Below, in pieces: positions 1-10,276 of a DNA stretch of 64,000 nt. The notes under the pieces are model-generated. The model worked only from the letters and a program-made list of their open reading frames with translations, had not been told where the DNA came from and did not search any database. The DNA lies in contig QHBU01000256.1 in the NCBI GenBank assembly GCA_003244045.1, forward strand, positions 9,892 to 73,891, given 5' to 3'. Position 1 is the stretch's first letter. Each line of letters starts with the position of its first letter. Position numbers and translations under genes: made by a program. The stretch is from Candidatus Aeolococcus gillhamiae. Lineage in GTDB: Bacteria > Chloroflexota > Dormibacteria > Aeolococcales > Aeolococcaceae.

Positions 1-1
1 C

Positions 2-478
2 AACTGCGCGGTGATCGGCGACCACTCAGTGGCCCGGCCCTCGCTCCTCGAACAACCAACCAAGCGAGGCCTCCTCAGCTACGACGACAAGTACCGCGCC
101 GGCGGATCGAAGTCGGGGGCAGCGAAGTCGACCGGGATGAAGAGCGCGCAGCGAATCGTGCCGGCGCCTCTGGACGACGCGCTAGGAGCGCGGATCACGG
201 AGGCTGCGCTGGCCGCCTTCGCGGCGGTCGGTGCCTCGGGCGTGGCGCGCATCGACTTCATGGTCGACACCGAACACTCGTCGTTCGTGGTCAATGAGCT
301 GAACCCGATCCCGGGATCGCTCTCCTTCTATCTCTTCGAGCCCGCAGGGCTCTCATTCCCCGCGCTCATCGACGAGCTCATCGACATCGCGCGCCGGCGG
401 CACGCCGCTCATCTCGCCAGCACCGTGGTGTTCGAGCCCTGGATGCTCGGCGGCGGCGGCTCCAAGACCTCACGGTGA
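2..478 (+). CDS. ddl: D-alanine--D-alanine ligase, C-terminal part (5' truncated by window)
   Basis: ATP-grasp motifs LSYDDKY, GVARIDF, VNELNPIPGS; upstream of murF. Confidence 0.85.
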   Translation, partial: NCAVIGDHSVARPSLLEQPTKRGLLSYDDKYRAGGSKSGAAKSTGMKSAQRIVPAPLDDALGARITEAALAAFAAVGASGVARIDFMVDTEHSSFVVNELNPIPGSLSFYLFEPAGLSFPALIDELIDIARRRHAAHLASTVVFEPWMLGGGGSKTSR

Positions 479-1245
479 CGACCGCCACGGCCGAGGCGCC
501 CGCCGCCGCGGTCCTCGACTCCGGCGCCGGACCCGCTGTGCTCCTTCTCCACGGCTGGGGGGCGACCAAGGAGCTGATGAACCCGGTCGCGGTGCGGCTG
601 CAGGGATATCGCGTCGTCATCCCCGACCTCCCCGGCTTCGGTGCCACCCCGGCACCGCCACAGGCGTGGGGCGTCGACGAGTACGCCGCGTGGGTCATCG
701 CGCTCCTCGCCAGGCTCGGCATCGAGCGCGCCCACGTCGTCGGCCACTCCAACGGCGGCCGGATCGCCATCGCGCTCGCTGCGGCACACCCCGAACGCGT
801 CGACAGGCTGGTGCTCACCAACAGCGCCGGGATCCGGCCGCGCCACGGGGTGCGGGATTGGCTGCGCGTGCGCACCTTCAAGCTGCTGCGCGCCGCCTCG
901 CGGTGGGGTTGGCTGCCCGCCGGCGTGCGCAGGGAGGCGGAACGCCGCGCAGCGCAACGCGGCAGCGCGGACTACCGCACCGCGTCGGGCACGCTGCGGT
1001 CCAGCATGGTGCGCCTGGTCAATGCCGACATGCGCCCGCAACTGGCTCGGCTGTCCGCATCCACGCTGATCATCTGGGGTGACCAGGACCGGGAGACGCC
1101 GCTTCCCGACGCGCGCACCATGGAGGCGCTGATCCCCGACGCGGGCCTGGTGGTGTTCGAGGGGGCGGGCCATTTCGCGTACGCGGAGCAACCGGACCGC
1201 TTCTGCCGCATCGTCGACGTCTTCCTGCGCGGGGAAGGGCGGTGA
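475..1245 (+). CDS. Alpha/beta fold hydrolase
   Basis: LLHGWG, DLPGFG, GHSNGG nucleophile elbow, GAGHF; overlaps both neighbours by 4 nt. Confidence 0.9.
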   Translation: MTTATAEAPAAAVLDSGAGPAVLLLHGWGATKELMNPVAVRLQGYRVVIPDLPGFGATPAPPQAWGVDEYAAWVIALLARLGIERAHVVGHSNGGRIAIALAAAHPERVDRLVLTNSAGIRPRHGVRDWLRVRTFKLLRAASRWGWLPAGVRREAERRAAQRGSADYRTASGTLRSSMVRLVNADMRPQLARLSASTLIIWGDQDRETPLPDARTMEALIPDAGLVVFEGAGHFAYAEQPDRFCRIVDVFLRGEGR

Positions 1246-2894
1246 CCGACGGGCTCCAGGGAGCGCTCGTCGCGCTCGCCGGCGCGGGCTGGCTGGCGCT
1301 GCTCGCGCGAGCGGTGCTGGTCGCCGCGCGCATGTTCCAGATCGAGGAGTACGAGGCACCACGGCTCTTCGACTGGGGCGGCACGCGCGCGTGGTCGCTG
1401 CACACATCGGCGCTGGCCGCGGCTGCACCGGTGGCGGTGGCGACGCTGTTCAGCGTGGCCGACCTCGCGCGACCGGGACTGCGCCTGGCTCTGGCCGCGA
1501 GCTGGCTCGTGGGGGTGGCCGCAGCGCAGGCGGTGTGGCGATGGTTGCCCCCCAAGAAGGAGCTCGTGTTCACGCCGCGGATGCGCCGGCTCCTGGCCAC
1601 CACGGCGCTGCTTGCCGCGCTGCTCGGTGCCCTGGTCTGCATCGCTGTAGAGCTGGCCCCGCCCTGGCTGGGGGGTGCCGCCGCGGCCGTCATCGGGATC
1701 GGTGTCACCACGCTGGCGCTGGTCCTGCCGGCGACGGCCAACATCATCAACGCGCCTGTCGAGGCACAGGTTCGCCGCGGCTTCCTGCGCCACGCCCGCC
1801 GCCGGCTCGAGGCCGTCCATCCCCTGGTGATCGCCGTCGCCGGAAGCTACGGCAAGACCTCCACCAAGCACATCCTCGCGGAGATGCTCGAGCGCTACGG
1901 ACCCACCCTGGCGACGCCGAAGAGCTTCAACACACTGATGGGCGTCTCCAAGACGATCAACCAGAACCTCGAGGACCGTCACCGTACGTTCGTTGTGGAG
2001 ATGGATGCGTACGGACCCCGTGAAATCGCCTCCATCTGCGCGCTGGTGCATCCCACGCACGCCCTGCTGACGTCTGTCGGGCCGCAGCACCTCGAGCGCT
2101 TCGGCACCATCGAGCGCATCGGCGACGCGCTCTACGAGACCATCGACGCGCTGCCCACCGACGGCTTCGCGGTGGTCTACGCGGGCGACCAGCAGACGGC
2201 TGGCCTGGCCGCGCGCGCCCGTGCGGCGGGTCACGAGGTGATTCGCTACGGGATCGAAGACGGTTCCGCAGACGTCGATGTTGTGGCCGCGAATGTCCAG
2301 ATCACGGGGACCGGTTCGCGGTTCACGTGGCGCTGGACAGCCGCCGGCCTCGAGCACGACATCGCCGTCCCGCTTCTCGGCCGCCACCAGGTGCTCAATG
2401 TCAGCGCGGCTCTCGCCACCGTTCACAGGCTCGGCCTGCCGCTCGAACCCGCGTTGGACGCGGTGGCATCGCTGCGGCCGGTCGATCACCGCCTCCAGCC
2501 GGTGGCCACGGGCAACGCGATCACGGTCATTGACGACAGCTACAACGCCAACCCCGTCGGCGTGCACAACGGGCTCGAGGTGCTGGCCGAGATGGATGCC
2601 CGGCAGCGCATCCTGGTCACCCCTGGCCTGGTCGAGCTGGGCTCGGTGGAGGACGCCGAGAACCGCCGCTACGGAGAGCACGCCGCGCAGGTATGCGACC
2701 ACGTCATCGTCATGGACGCGCGCCCGGCGCGAGCGCTCCGTGAGGGGCTGCACGCCGGCGGAATGCCCGACGACCACGTGCACCTGGTGCGGTCGCTCGT
2801 GCAGGCCACCGAGGTGATCGGCGGCATCGCCGGTCCGGGAGACGCGGTGCTGTTCGCCAACGACCTTCCGGACACCTACCTGGGCGCCGCCTGA
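1242..2894 (+). CDS. murF: UDP-N-acetylmuramoyl-tripeptide--D-Ala-D-Ala ligase with N-terminal membrane domain
   Basis: AGSYGKTSTK P-loop, SFNTLMG, VVEM, IDDSYNANP, TPGLVELG; hydrophobic N-terminal ~170 aa. Confidence 0.85.
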   Translation: MTDGLQGALVALAGAGWLALLARAVLVAARMFQIEEYEAPRLFDWGGTRAWSLHTSALAAAAPVAVATLFSVADLARPGLRLALAASWLVGVAAAQAVWRWLPPKKELVFTPRMRRLLATTALLAALLGALVCIAVELAPPWLGGAAAAVIGIGVTTLALVLPATANIINAPVEAQVRRGFLRHARRRLEAVHPLVIAVAGSYGKTSTKHILAEMLERYGPTLATPKSFNTLMGVSKTINQNLEDRHRTFVVEMDAYGPREIASICALVHPTHALLTSVGPQHLERFGTIERIGDALYETIDALPTDGFAVVYAGDQQTAGLAARARAAGHEVIRYGIEDGSADVDVVAANVQITGTGSRFTWRWTAAGLEHDIAVPLLGRHQVLNVSAALATVHRLGLPLEPALDAVASLRPVDHRLQPVATGNAITVIDDSYNANPVGVHNGLEVLAEMDARQRILVTPGLVELGSVEDAENRRYGEHAAQVCDHVIVMDARPARALREGLHAGGMPDDHVHLVRSLVQATEVIGGIAGPGDAVLFANDLPDTYLGAA

Positions 2895-2999
2895 CCTCCG
2901 TCTTCCCAGTCGCGCAAAGCAGTCGTGACCGCAGATTCGGTCCCATAATGTGCGGACCGGCGCCCCGGGCGCATTCGTCCCTGCTCACGTCTTCCACCC

Positions 3000-4145
3000 A
3001 TGCCCCAGAACCTCATCGAGCGCCCCTCCGCGAGCACTCCTCTTGACGCGGCGGACGCGCGCCGTGCGCAGCTCCGCGCCATGGCGGCCGCCCTGGTGGA
3101 TGGGCCGCGCATGGGCCGGCGCTTCCACATCCCCGCGGGAGTGCCGCTGGAGCCGTCGCCGCGGCGACGGCACCACGGGCCGCGCCTCCGGCCGCCCGCG
3201 GTCGTACGCCGTCGCGGGCCGATGGTGCGGCGGTTCGTCGCGGGAGCGTTCCTGCTGGGGCAGGTCGGCCTGCTGGCGGCTCTGCTCACCGCACCCACCT
3301 TTACTGTGCACACCGTCGAGGTCACCGGCGACCACCTGCTCAGCCGCGACACCGTCCTCGCCGCCGCGCATGTCCCGCAATCGAGCCTCTTCACCGTCGA
3401 CGGCGACGCCATCCGCGCGCGGATCACCAAGCTTCCCTGGGTGCGCACGGCGACGGTCACAACCCAGCTGCCGTCCACCGTGCGGATCATCGTCACCGAA
3501 TGGCAACCCGACCTGCTGCTCCGCCACGGGACGCAGACCACCTTCGTCGCGGCCAACGGCGCGAGCGTGCCGTTCACCCAGTCGACCGCGGCGGCGCGCA
3601 AGGACGTTCCACTCCTCCTCGACTACCGTCCCGGCAGGCAGCAGCCGCTGCTGAGCGGGCTGGCCGGCCTCCTCGCCAGCGCGTCCCAGCGGTGGCCGTC
3701 GGTATTCGGCTGCAGGGTCAGCGTCTTCGTGATGAGCAACAGCAACGTGCTCTCTGTGTGGTCGAGCACCGGCTGGCAGGCGATCCTCGGCCCGCTCGAC
3801 AGCAACGACGCCCTGGCCGCCATCCCTGGCCAGCTCTCCGTGCTTGCCGCCCTGAAGGGACGGCTCGACTTCAGCCGACCCACCTTCGGCTACGTCGACC
3901 TCGAGAACGCTGCGACACCGGCGATCGGAGGCCATCCAGGTCTGCCCACCAGCCTGCGCGACGACATCGCCGGCAGCGCGCTGCCCACCTCCAACCCCGG
4001 GGTGGCCGTGGCGCCGTCGACGTCGCCCGCCGCCGCCGGTGCCACACCGACACCGGCGCCGACGGCAACCCCGGCCCCCACCCCGCGTCCGACGCCGAGC
4101 CCGCTGGTCCTGAGCCTGCCGCCGCCGCCGACACGGCACGGCTAG
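3000..4145 (+). CDS. ftsQ: Cell division protein FtsQ/DivIB (single TM, POTRA domain, Pro/Thr-rich tail)
   Basis: TM helix followed by FTVHTVEVTG...LPWVRTATVTTQLPSTVRIIVTE POTRA pattern and YVDL; dcw context; start uncertain. Confidence 0.75.
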   Translation: MPQNLIERPSASTPLDAADARRAQLRAMAAALVDGPRMGRRFHIPAGVPLEPSPRRRHHGPRLRPPAVVRRRGPMVRRFVAGAFLLGQVGLLAALLTAPTFTVHTVEVTGDHLLSRDTVLAAAHVPQSSLFTVDGDAIRARITKLPWVRTATVTTQLPSTVRIIVTEWQPDLLLRHGTQTTFVAANGASVPFTQSTAAARKDVPLLLDYRPGRQQPLLSGLAGLLASASQRWPSVFGCRVSVFVMSNSNVLSVWSSTGWQAILGPLDSNDALAAIPGQLSVLAALKGRLDFSRPTFGYVDLENAATPAIGGHPGLPTSLRDDIAGSALPTSNPGVAVAPSTSPAAAGATPTPAPTATPAPTPRPTPSPLVLSLPPPPTRHG

Positions 4146-5035
4146 AAGCTCCGCGTCTCCCAAGGGCGCGCGATCCGCAGCGCGGTGAGGATGGCGCGAG
4201 TCGCCGGCGACCGGTTGAGGGTGATGAAGTGGATCCCCGGCGCGCCACCGCGCAACAGCTCGCTGCACTGCAGCGTCGCCCACGCCACGCCGAGCTGGAG
4301 CACCGCCGCGGCATCGTCGACGCGGGTCTGCAGCGCCTCGCGCAAGGGCGCCGGGATCGACGCCCCGATCTTGGCCGTGAACCGGTACACCTGGTCGACG
4401 TTGGTGATCGGCATGATGCCCGGCACGATGGGCACGGTCACGCCCGCCGCGCGCGCCCGCGCCAGGAAGTCGAAGTACACACGATTATCGAAGAACAGCT
4501 GCGTGATCAGGAGGCTGGCGCCCGCCTGCACCTTCTGCACCGCCGCGGCGACGTCCTGCTCCAGCGAGTGCGACTCGACGTGCTTCTCCGGTGAGCACGC
4601 CGCGACGACGCAGAGGTCGGCCTTGTCATGCAGCAGTCGCACCAGCTCGCTGCCGAAACGGAGGCCACCCGCGCGGGCGACGAACGCACCCTCGCCGTTC
4701 GGTGGGTCGCCGCGGATGGCCAGCACGTTCTCGATCCCGACCGCCTGGTACTGGCGAATCTCGTCGAGAAGGTCGTCGACCGTGGAATCCCGGCAGGTGA
4801 GGTGCGCCATCGGCAGCAGGCCGGTCTCCTCACGAATCCTTTTGACGAAACGGACGGTGCGATCGTCGCGTGCGCTGCCCCCGGCACCGTGGGTCACCGA
4901 GACGAAAGCGGGTTCGAGCTCGCGCAGCGCGGAGATGGTGGCGAACAGGCGATCGGCGCCCTCATCGTCTCGCGGAGGGAAGAACTCGAACGAGAAAAGC
5001 GGTTCCCCACGCGCGAAGAGGCTGTCGATGCGCAT
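4142..5035 (-). CDS. metF: 5,10-methylenetetrahydrofolate reductase
   Basis: FSFEFFPP, FVSVTHGAGG, AHLTC, ITQLFFD, GIHFITLN; start taken at MRIDSLF. Confidence 0.93.
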   Translation of the reverse strand: MRIDSLFARGEPLFSFEFFPPRDDEGADRLFATISALRELEPAFVSVTHGAGGSARDDRTVRFVKRIREETGLLPMAHLTCRDSTVDDLLDEIRQYQAVGIENVLAIRGDPPNGEGAFVARAGGLRFGSELVRLLHDKADLCVVAACSPEKHVESHSLEQDVAAAVQKVQAGASLLITQLFFDNRVYFDFLARARAAGVTVPIVPGIMPITNVDQVYRFTAKIGASIPAPLREALQTRVDDAAAVLQLGVAWATLQCSELLRGGAPGIHFITLNRSPATRAILTALRIARPWETRSF

Positions 5036-5093
5036 CCTCGGATGGTAAGCGCACACCCGGCGATCGGCCGCTGTGATGCTACCGTTGGCGGCC

Positions 5094-6143
5094 GTGCTCG
5101 CAGCTCGCGCGGCCCGATTCGGCGGGGACGATCCCCTCGCCAACCTCGAGCTCGTCGAGGTTCCGGACCCGTCGCCCGGTCCCGGCGAGGTTCTGATCGC
5201 GGTCGGCGCGGCATCGCTCAACCACCACGACCTGTGGACACTGCGCGGTGTCGGTTCACGGCCGCTGACCGAGCCGCAGGTGCTCGGCTGCGACGCCGCG
5301 GGGACGGTGATCGCGTACGGTGAGGGCGCCACGCCGCCAGGCGCACCGCCGGTCGGCTCGGAGGTGGTGGTGCACAGCGTGATGACCTGCGGTCATTGCC
5401 CCGCGTGCCGGTCGGGCGACGAGCTGCACTGCCCGCGGGTCGGCCTGCTCAGCGAACCGCCGTACCCGGGGGCTCTCGCGGAGCTGCTCGTCGTCCCTAT
5501 CGGCAACCTCCTGCCGCTGCCGCCCACCGTCGACCTGGTCAACGCCGCGTGCCTGCCGACGGCGTACCTGACCGCGTACCGGATGCTGTTCGTGCGCGGC
5601 GCTCTCAAACCCGGACAGCGCGTGCTCGTTCACGGGGTCACCGGCGGCGTCGCCAGCGCGGCCATTCTGCTGGGCGCAGCCGCGGGGCTCACCGTCTACG
5701 CCACCTCGCGTGAGGAGGCCAAGCGAGCCGCTGCGCTGGAGCTGGGGGCCTGCGCCGCCTTCAACACCGACCGTGACGCGGTCAAGCAGGTGGTCGCGGC
5801 GAGCCAGGGTGGTGTGGATGCGGTGCTCGACACCGTGGGCGAGGCGACGTGGGACTTCTCGGTGCGCGCGGTCAGGCCCGGCGGGACGGTGGTGGTCTCA
5901 GGAGCGACCAGCGGCCCCAACCCCCCGGCGCAGCTCAACCGCATCTTCTGGCGCCAGCTGACCGTGGCCGGCAGCAGCATGGGAACCCGCGACGAGCTGG
6001 CGCGCGTGGTGGAGCTGTGTGCCACCGGCACCCTGCGGCCGCTGCTCGACTCGGTGCGCCCGCTCGCCGCGGTGGCTTCGGGATTCGCCGCGCTGGCGGC
6101 CGGCGAGCGCCGCGGCAAGCTGGTGCTCCGGCCCCGGGCCTGA
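5094..6143 (+). CDS. Zinc-binding medium-chain dehydrogenase/quinone oxidoreductase
   Basis: SLNHHDLW, LGCDAAG, CGHCPAC...C structural Zn site, GSSMGT; start uncertain (5073-5094). Confidence 0.85.
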   Translation: MLAARAARFGGDDPLANLELVEVPDPSPGPGEVLIAVGAASLNHHDLWTLRGVGSRPLTEPQVLGCDAAGTVIAYGEGATPPGAPPVGSEVVVHSVMTCGHCPACRSGDELHCPRVGLLSEPPYPGALAELLVVPIGNLLPLPPTVDLVNAACLPTAYLTAYRMLFVRGALKPGQRVLVHGVTGGVASAAILLGAAAGLTVYATSREEAKRAAALELGACAAFNTDRDAVKQVVAASQGGVDAVLDTVGEATWDFSVRAVRPGGTVVVSGATSGPNPPAQLNRIFWRQLTVAGSSMGTRDELARVVELCATGTLRPLLDSVRPLAAVASGFAALAAGERRGKLVLRPRA

Positions 6144-6323
6144 GCCGGGTATACAGAGCCGCCCGCCGGTGGGATGATGGCCGGCGCTACGCGGCCCGAC
6201 AGGGGCCCGCGGCCGGCAGGGTCTCGTCCCAAAGGTGCAGTTGGACGGGGCCCTGTTGGATTTAACGGGCGCGTCGCGGGCCCCTGATTGACGCCGTAGC
6301 TACGTTTGGAGCTAAGCCGCCGC

Positions 6324-6371
6324 AGGCAACATCTTGTGGCATACTCCGGCGGCAAACTCAGCATCTTGCGG
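6324..6371 (+). promoter_or_regulatory. Tandem NrdR-box-like operators flanking an extended -10 element
   Basis: AGGCAACATCTTGTGG (6324-6339) and ACTCAGCATCTTGCGG (6356-6371), 32 bp apart, resemble acaCwAtATaTwGtgt; TGnCATACT at 6337-6345; nrdR is two genes downstream of ftsA. Confidence 0.6.
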
Positions 6372-6430
6372 TTTTGCCCCTAACAACCCCTTTCGGAGGG
6401 GGAGGGCTCCGGCTATACTCAGAGGCCAGT

Positions 6431-7669
6431 GTGACCCGTTCTCGCCGCGTCTTTGCACTCGATCTAGGAACGACGAAGGTCTGCTGCGCCATCGCTGAGC
6501 TGGACAGCACCGGGTTGCGTGTCATCGGTGTGGGCGAGGCCGTGTCCCGTGGGATCCGTAAGGGCGCGATCATCGAGATCGATCGCGCCGCCGAGGCGGT
6601 GGCCGAGGCGGTCGACCTGGCCGAACAGATGAGCGGTGTGCCGGTGGACTCCGCAGTGGTCGGCCTGGCCGGCACCAGCATCACCTCGCAGAACTCGCGC
6701 GGGGTCGTGGCCGTGTCCGCGGGACACCGTGAGGTGCGTGACGCCGACGTCACCCGCGCCGTCGAGGCGGCGCGCGCGGTCAGCGTTCCCTCGGACCGAA
6801 AGATCCTCCATGTGCTGCCTCAGCAGTTCACCATCGACGGCCAAGAGGGCGTGCGCGACGCGCTCGGCATGGCCGGTACGCGCCTCGAGGTCGACGCACA
6901 CATCATCACCGGCACCAACACCGCCATCCAGAACGTCATCAAGGTGGTGCACAAGGCGGGGCTCGACGTCGACGACCTCGTGCTCCAGGTGCTCGCCTCC
7001 GCAGAGGCGGTGATCGGCGAGGACGAGCTCGACCGCGGCGTGATCGTCGCCGACATCGGCGGTGGCACCACCGACCTTGCAGTTTTTGCCAAAGGCAGCA
7101 TCATCCACACCGCGGTCATCCCCGTCGGTGGCAACCACGTCAGCGGCGACCTCGCGGTGGGGCTGCGCTGCGACCTCGAGACCGCCGAGGCGACCAAGCG
7201 GGCGTACGGGCACTGCCTGCAGTTGACACTGCCCGCCGACGCAGAGGTGAAGCTGACCCCGATGGGCTACGACGAGCCCGTCAACGTGCCGCAGCGTTTC
7301 CTCGCCGAGATCATCGGTCCGCGCGCGCGTGAGATGGCCCAGCTCATCGCCGAGCAGGTGGAGCAGGCGGGGCCGCCCAGCAGCTTCCCGGGCGGGATCG
7401 TGCTCACCGGTGGCGGCGCGCTCCTGCGCGGCTTCGTCGAGGTGGTCCAGCAGGTGACGGACCTACCCGCGCGGGTCGCCGCACCCATGGGCGTGCACGG
7501 CATGAACGACGAGATCAGCGGGCCACACCACGCCACTGTAGTGGGGCTGCTGCGCTGGGGCGCGCGCGGGCGACTGGGCCGCAGCGTGGACCTGACCGGC
7601 AGGGTGCAGAACGGCAACGGACATCACGTTGGCAGTGGATTTGGACGGTGGTTGCGTGAACTTTTCTGA
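6431..7669 (+). CDS. ftsA: Cell division protein FtsA
   Basis: [32 protein letters not shown]. Confidence 0.95.
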   Translation: MTRSRRVFALDLGTTKVCCAIAELDSTGLRVIGVGEAVSRGIRKGAIIEIDRAAEAVAEAVDLAEQMSGVPVDSAVVGLAGTSITSQNSRGVVAVSAGHREVRDADVTRAVEAARAVSVPSDRKILHVLPQQFTIDGQEGVRDALGMAGTRLEVDAHIITGTNTAIQNVIKVVHKAGLDVDDLVLQVLASAEAVIGEDELDRGVIVADIGGGTTDLAVFAKGSIIHTAVIPVGGNHVSGDLAVGLRCDLETAEATKRAYGHCLQLTLPADAEVKLTPMGYDEPVNVPQRFLAEIIGPRAREMAQLIAEQVEQAGPPSSFPGGIVLTGGGALLRGFVEVVQQVTDLPARVAAPMGVHGMNDEISGPHHATVVGLLRWGARGRLGRSVDLTGRVQNGNGHHVGSGFGRWLRELF

Positions 7670-7805
7670 ACGGATGAAGTTGTATGGGCTCGACGACGGC
7701 GAGACGCCGCCGGAAAAGCCCGTCAGTCGTGGCAACGATGATGAAACGACGCGTGCGGGGAAGTTTTCGCTGCGTCCGAAGAGTAGGCAGCGTGAGGAGA
7801 CGCAC

Positions 7806-8906
7806 ATGAACGATCTGGACCGGACGTTGGAAGGTAACGCACGCATCAAGGTGGTGGGCGTAGGCGGTGGCGGCAGCAACGCCGTCAACCGCATGATCCA
7901 GAGCCGCCTCAAGGGCGTCGAGTTCATCGCCGTCAACACGGATCACCAGGCGCTGCAGCTGAGCAACGCGCACAAGAAGGTGCGCATCGGTTCCAAGCTG
8001 ACCCGCGGCCTCGGCGCCGGCGGCGATCCTCTGCGCGGCGCTGAGGCGGCCGAGGAGACTCGCGAGGAGCTCACCAAGCTGCTCGAGGACTGCGACATGG
8101 TGTTCGTCACCGCGGGCATGGGCGGCGGCACGGGCACGGGCGCCGCCCCGGCGATCGCCGAGATCGCGCGCGAACAAGGCGCGCTCACCATCGGCGTGGT
8201 CACCAAGCCGTTCAAGTTCGAAGGCCTCAAGCGGCAGCGCGCCGCCGACGACGGCATCGCCAACCTGCAGGGACGCGTCGATACGCTCATCACCATCCCC
8301 AACGAGAGGCTCATGCAGGTGGTCGACAAGCGGACGCCGATCACCGAAGCGTTCAAGCTCGCGGACGACGTGCTCCGCCAGGGTGTCCAGGGGATCAGCG
8401 ACCTGATCGTCTTCCCCGGCCTCATCAACCTCGACTTTGCGGACGTCAAGGCGATCATGTCGGGCCAGGGCGCCGCACTGATGGGGATCGGATTCGGCAA
8501 CGGCGATACCCGGGCTGCCGACGCGGCGCGCGACGCCGTGGCCAGCCCGCTGCTCGAGACCACCATCGCCGGTGCCAAGGGGATCCTCCTCAACGTCACG
8601 GGCGGCCCCGACCTCACCCTCTACGAGGTCAACGAGGCGGCGCAGCTGGTCAGCGAGTCGGCCGATCCCGACGCCCAGATCATCTTCGGCACCGTCATCG
8701 ACGAGCAGATGAAGGGTGAGGTGAAGATCACGGTCATCGCCACCGGGTTCACGGGCCACATCGACGTGCTCGGGACGCTCGCATACGAGCCGGTGGCGCG
8801 CCCGGTGGCCGCCTCGACGCCGGCGTTCACCATCGGTGGCCGCTCCGCAACACCGCCGAACGCGGATGACCTCGACATCCCCGCGTTCCTGCGGGATCGG
8901 CGCTAG
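7806..8906 (+). CDS. ftsZ: Cell division protein FtsZ
   Basis: [25 protein letters not shown]-terminal DIPAFLR; RBS GAGGAG upstream. Confidence 0.98.
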   Translation: MNDLDRTLEGNARIKVVGVGGGGSNAVNRMIQSRLKGVEFIAVNTDHQALQLSNAHKKVRIGSKLTRGLGAGGDPLRGAEAAEETREELTKLLEDCDMVFVTAGMGGGTGTGAAPAIAEIAREQGALTIGVVTKPFKFEGLKRQRAADDGIANLQGRVDTLITIPNERLMQVVDKRTPITEAFKLADDVLRQGVQGISDLIVFPGLINLDFADVKAIMSGQGAALMGIGFGNGDTRAADAARDAVASPLLETTIAGAKGILLNVTGGPDLTLYEVNEAAQLVSESADPDAQIIFGTVIDEQMKGEVKITVIATGFTGHIDVLGTLAYEPVARPVAASTPAFTIGGRSATPPNADDLDIPAFLRDRR

Positions 8907-8925
8907 AGGGCCAGCAGCCGTCGCA

Positions 8926-8952
8926 GCCGCCCCCCGCGGTTCGGGGGGCGGC
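8926..8952 (+). other. GC-rich stem-loop between ftsZ and nrdR
   Basis: GCCGCCCCCCG-CGGTT-CGGGGGGCGGC, 11-bp perfect stem, no U tract. Confidence 0.6.
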
Positions 8953-8963
8953 CCGCCTACCCC

Positions 8964-9503
8964 ATGAAGTGCCCCTACTGCTCGCAGCCGGAATCCAAGG
9001 TCGTCGATTCGCGCGATTCGGAGACCGGGGAGGCGATCCGCCGCCGCCGCGAATGCCTAGGCTGCGGCAAGCGTTTCACCACATACGAGCGCGTCGAGGC
9101 GGTGCCGCTCTGGGTGGTGAAGAAGGACGGCCGGCGCGAGGAGTTCAACCGCCGGAAGCTGCTTGGTGGCCTGGTCAACGCCTCCACCAAGCGTGACATC
9201 GCCTCAGCGCAGCTCGAGACCATCGTCGAGGACATCGAAAACGCGCTGCGCGGCCGCAACGTCACCGAGGTGCGCAGCCGAGAGGTGGGCGAGATGGTGA
9301 TGCAGCGCCTGCGCAGCCTCGACGAGATCGCCTACGTGCGGTTTGCGTCCGTGTACCGCTCGTTCCGTGACGTCGAGCAGATGCGCGCCACCATCGAGGA
9401 CGTGCTCGCCAATCCACCCGGGACCAGGCCGCCCGATGCGCCACGCCGGCGCCGCCGCGGCGCCGACGACGGCCGTGAGCTGCCTCTCGACATGGGGAAG
9501 TGA
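8964..9503 (+). CDS. nrdR: Transcriptional repressor NrdR
   Basis: MKCPYC...SKVVDSR...IRRRRECLGCGKRFTTYE zinc ribbon, ATP cone, AYVRFASVY. Confidence 0.97.
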   Translation: MKCPYCSQPESKVVDSRDSETGEAIRRRRECLGCGKRFTTYERVEAVPLWVVKKDGRREEFNRRKLLGGLVNASTKRDIASAQLETIVEDIENALRGRNVTEVRSREVGEMVMQRLRSLDEIAYVRFASVYRSFRDVEQMRATIEDVLANPPGTRPPDAPRRRRRGADDGRELPLDMGK

Positions 9504-9537
9504 GCCCGCTCTTCGCGACGACAGCGCAGCACGGCCG

Positions 9538-10248
9538 GTGAGCGAGCCGAGCGCAGCCGAGGTCGCCGAACGACTCGAGAAGGTCCGCGACCGGGTGCGC
9601 CGCGCCGCGGCGGCTGCCGGCCGAGACCCCGCAGGTATCCGCCTGCTCGCGGTCACCAAGGGCCACAGTGTCGACGCGGTCGCGACGGCGGCGTCGCTCG
9701 GGTTGCGCGATATCGGCGAGAGCCGCGTGCAGGAGGCGCAGGGGAAGCGGTCCGCTTTCGCTGGTGGCGATGTGACCTGGCACATGATCGGCCACCTGCA
9801 GCGCAACAAGGCCCGCGCCGCGGCCACGTTGTTCGACGTCGTCCACTCGGTGGACGGCATCGCGCTCGCCGCGGCCCTGGCTCGGCATCGGACTGGCGCG
9901 CCGACCCCCCTGCGCGTGTTCGTGGAGGTGGAACTGACCGGCATCGCCGGCCGCACGGGCGCGACGCCCGACGAGACGCCCGCCCTGCTCGACGAGCTGT
10001 GCGCGCTCGCCGAGCTCGAGGTGGCTGGCCTGATGACCATCGCACCCCCGGGGGCACCGGAGCTCGCCGATGACTGCTTCGCACGGCTGCGTGATCTGCG
10101 CGATGCGCTCCGTGATCGCCAGGGCATGACACTCGACGGTCTCAGCATGGGGATGAGCGACGACTTCGAGATCGCCATCGCCCACGGAGCCACGGTGATC
10201 AGGCTCGGCCGTGTGCTCTTCGGAAACGGCCTGGTGGCGGGGAGATGA
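9538..10248 (+). CDS. yggS: PLP homeostasis protein YggS/PLPBP
   Basis: LLAVTK, GESRVQE, WHMIGHLQRNK, LSMGMSDDF, IRLGR. Confidence 0.93.
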   Translation: MSEPSAAEVAERLEKVRDRVRRAAAAAGRDPAGIRLLAVTKGHSVDAVATAASLGLRDIGESRVQEAQGKRSAFAGGDVTWHMIGHLQRNKARAAATLFDVVHSVDGIALAAALARHRTGAPTPLRVFVEVELTGIAGRTGATPDETPALLDELCALAELEVAGLMTIAPPGAPELADDCFARLRDLRDALRDRQGMTLDGLSMGMSDDFEIAIAHGATVIRLGRVLFGNGLVAGR

Positions 10249-10276
10249 GCGCATCGGCGGCTATCCTGAGACGACC

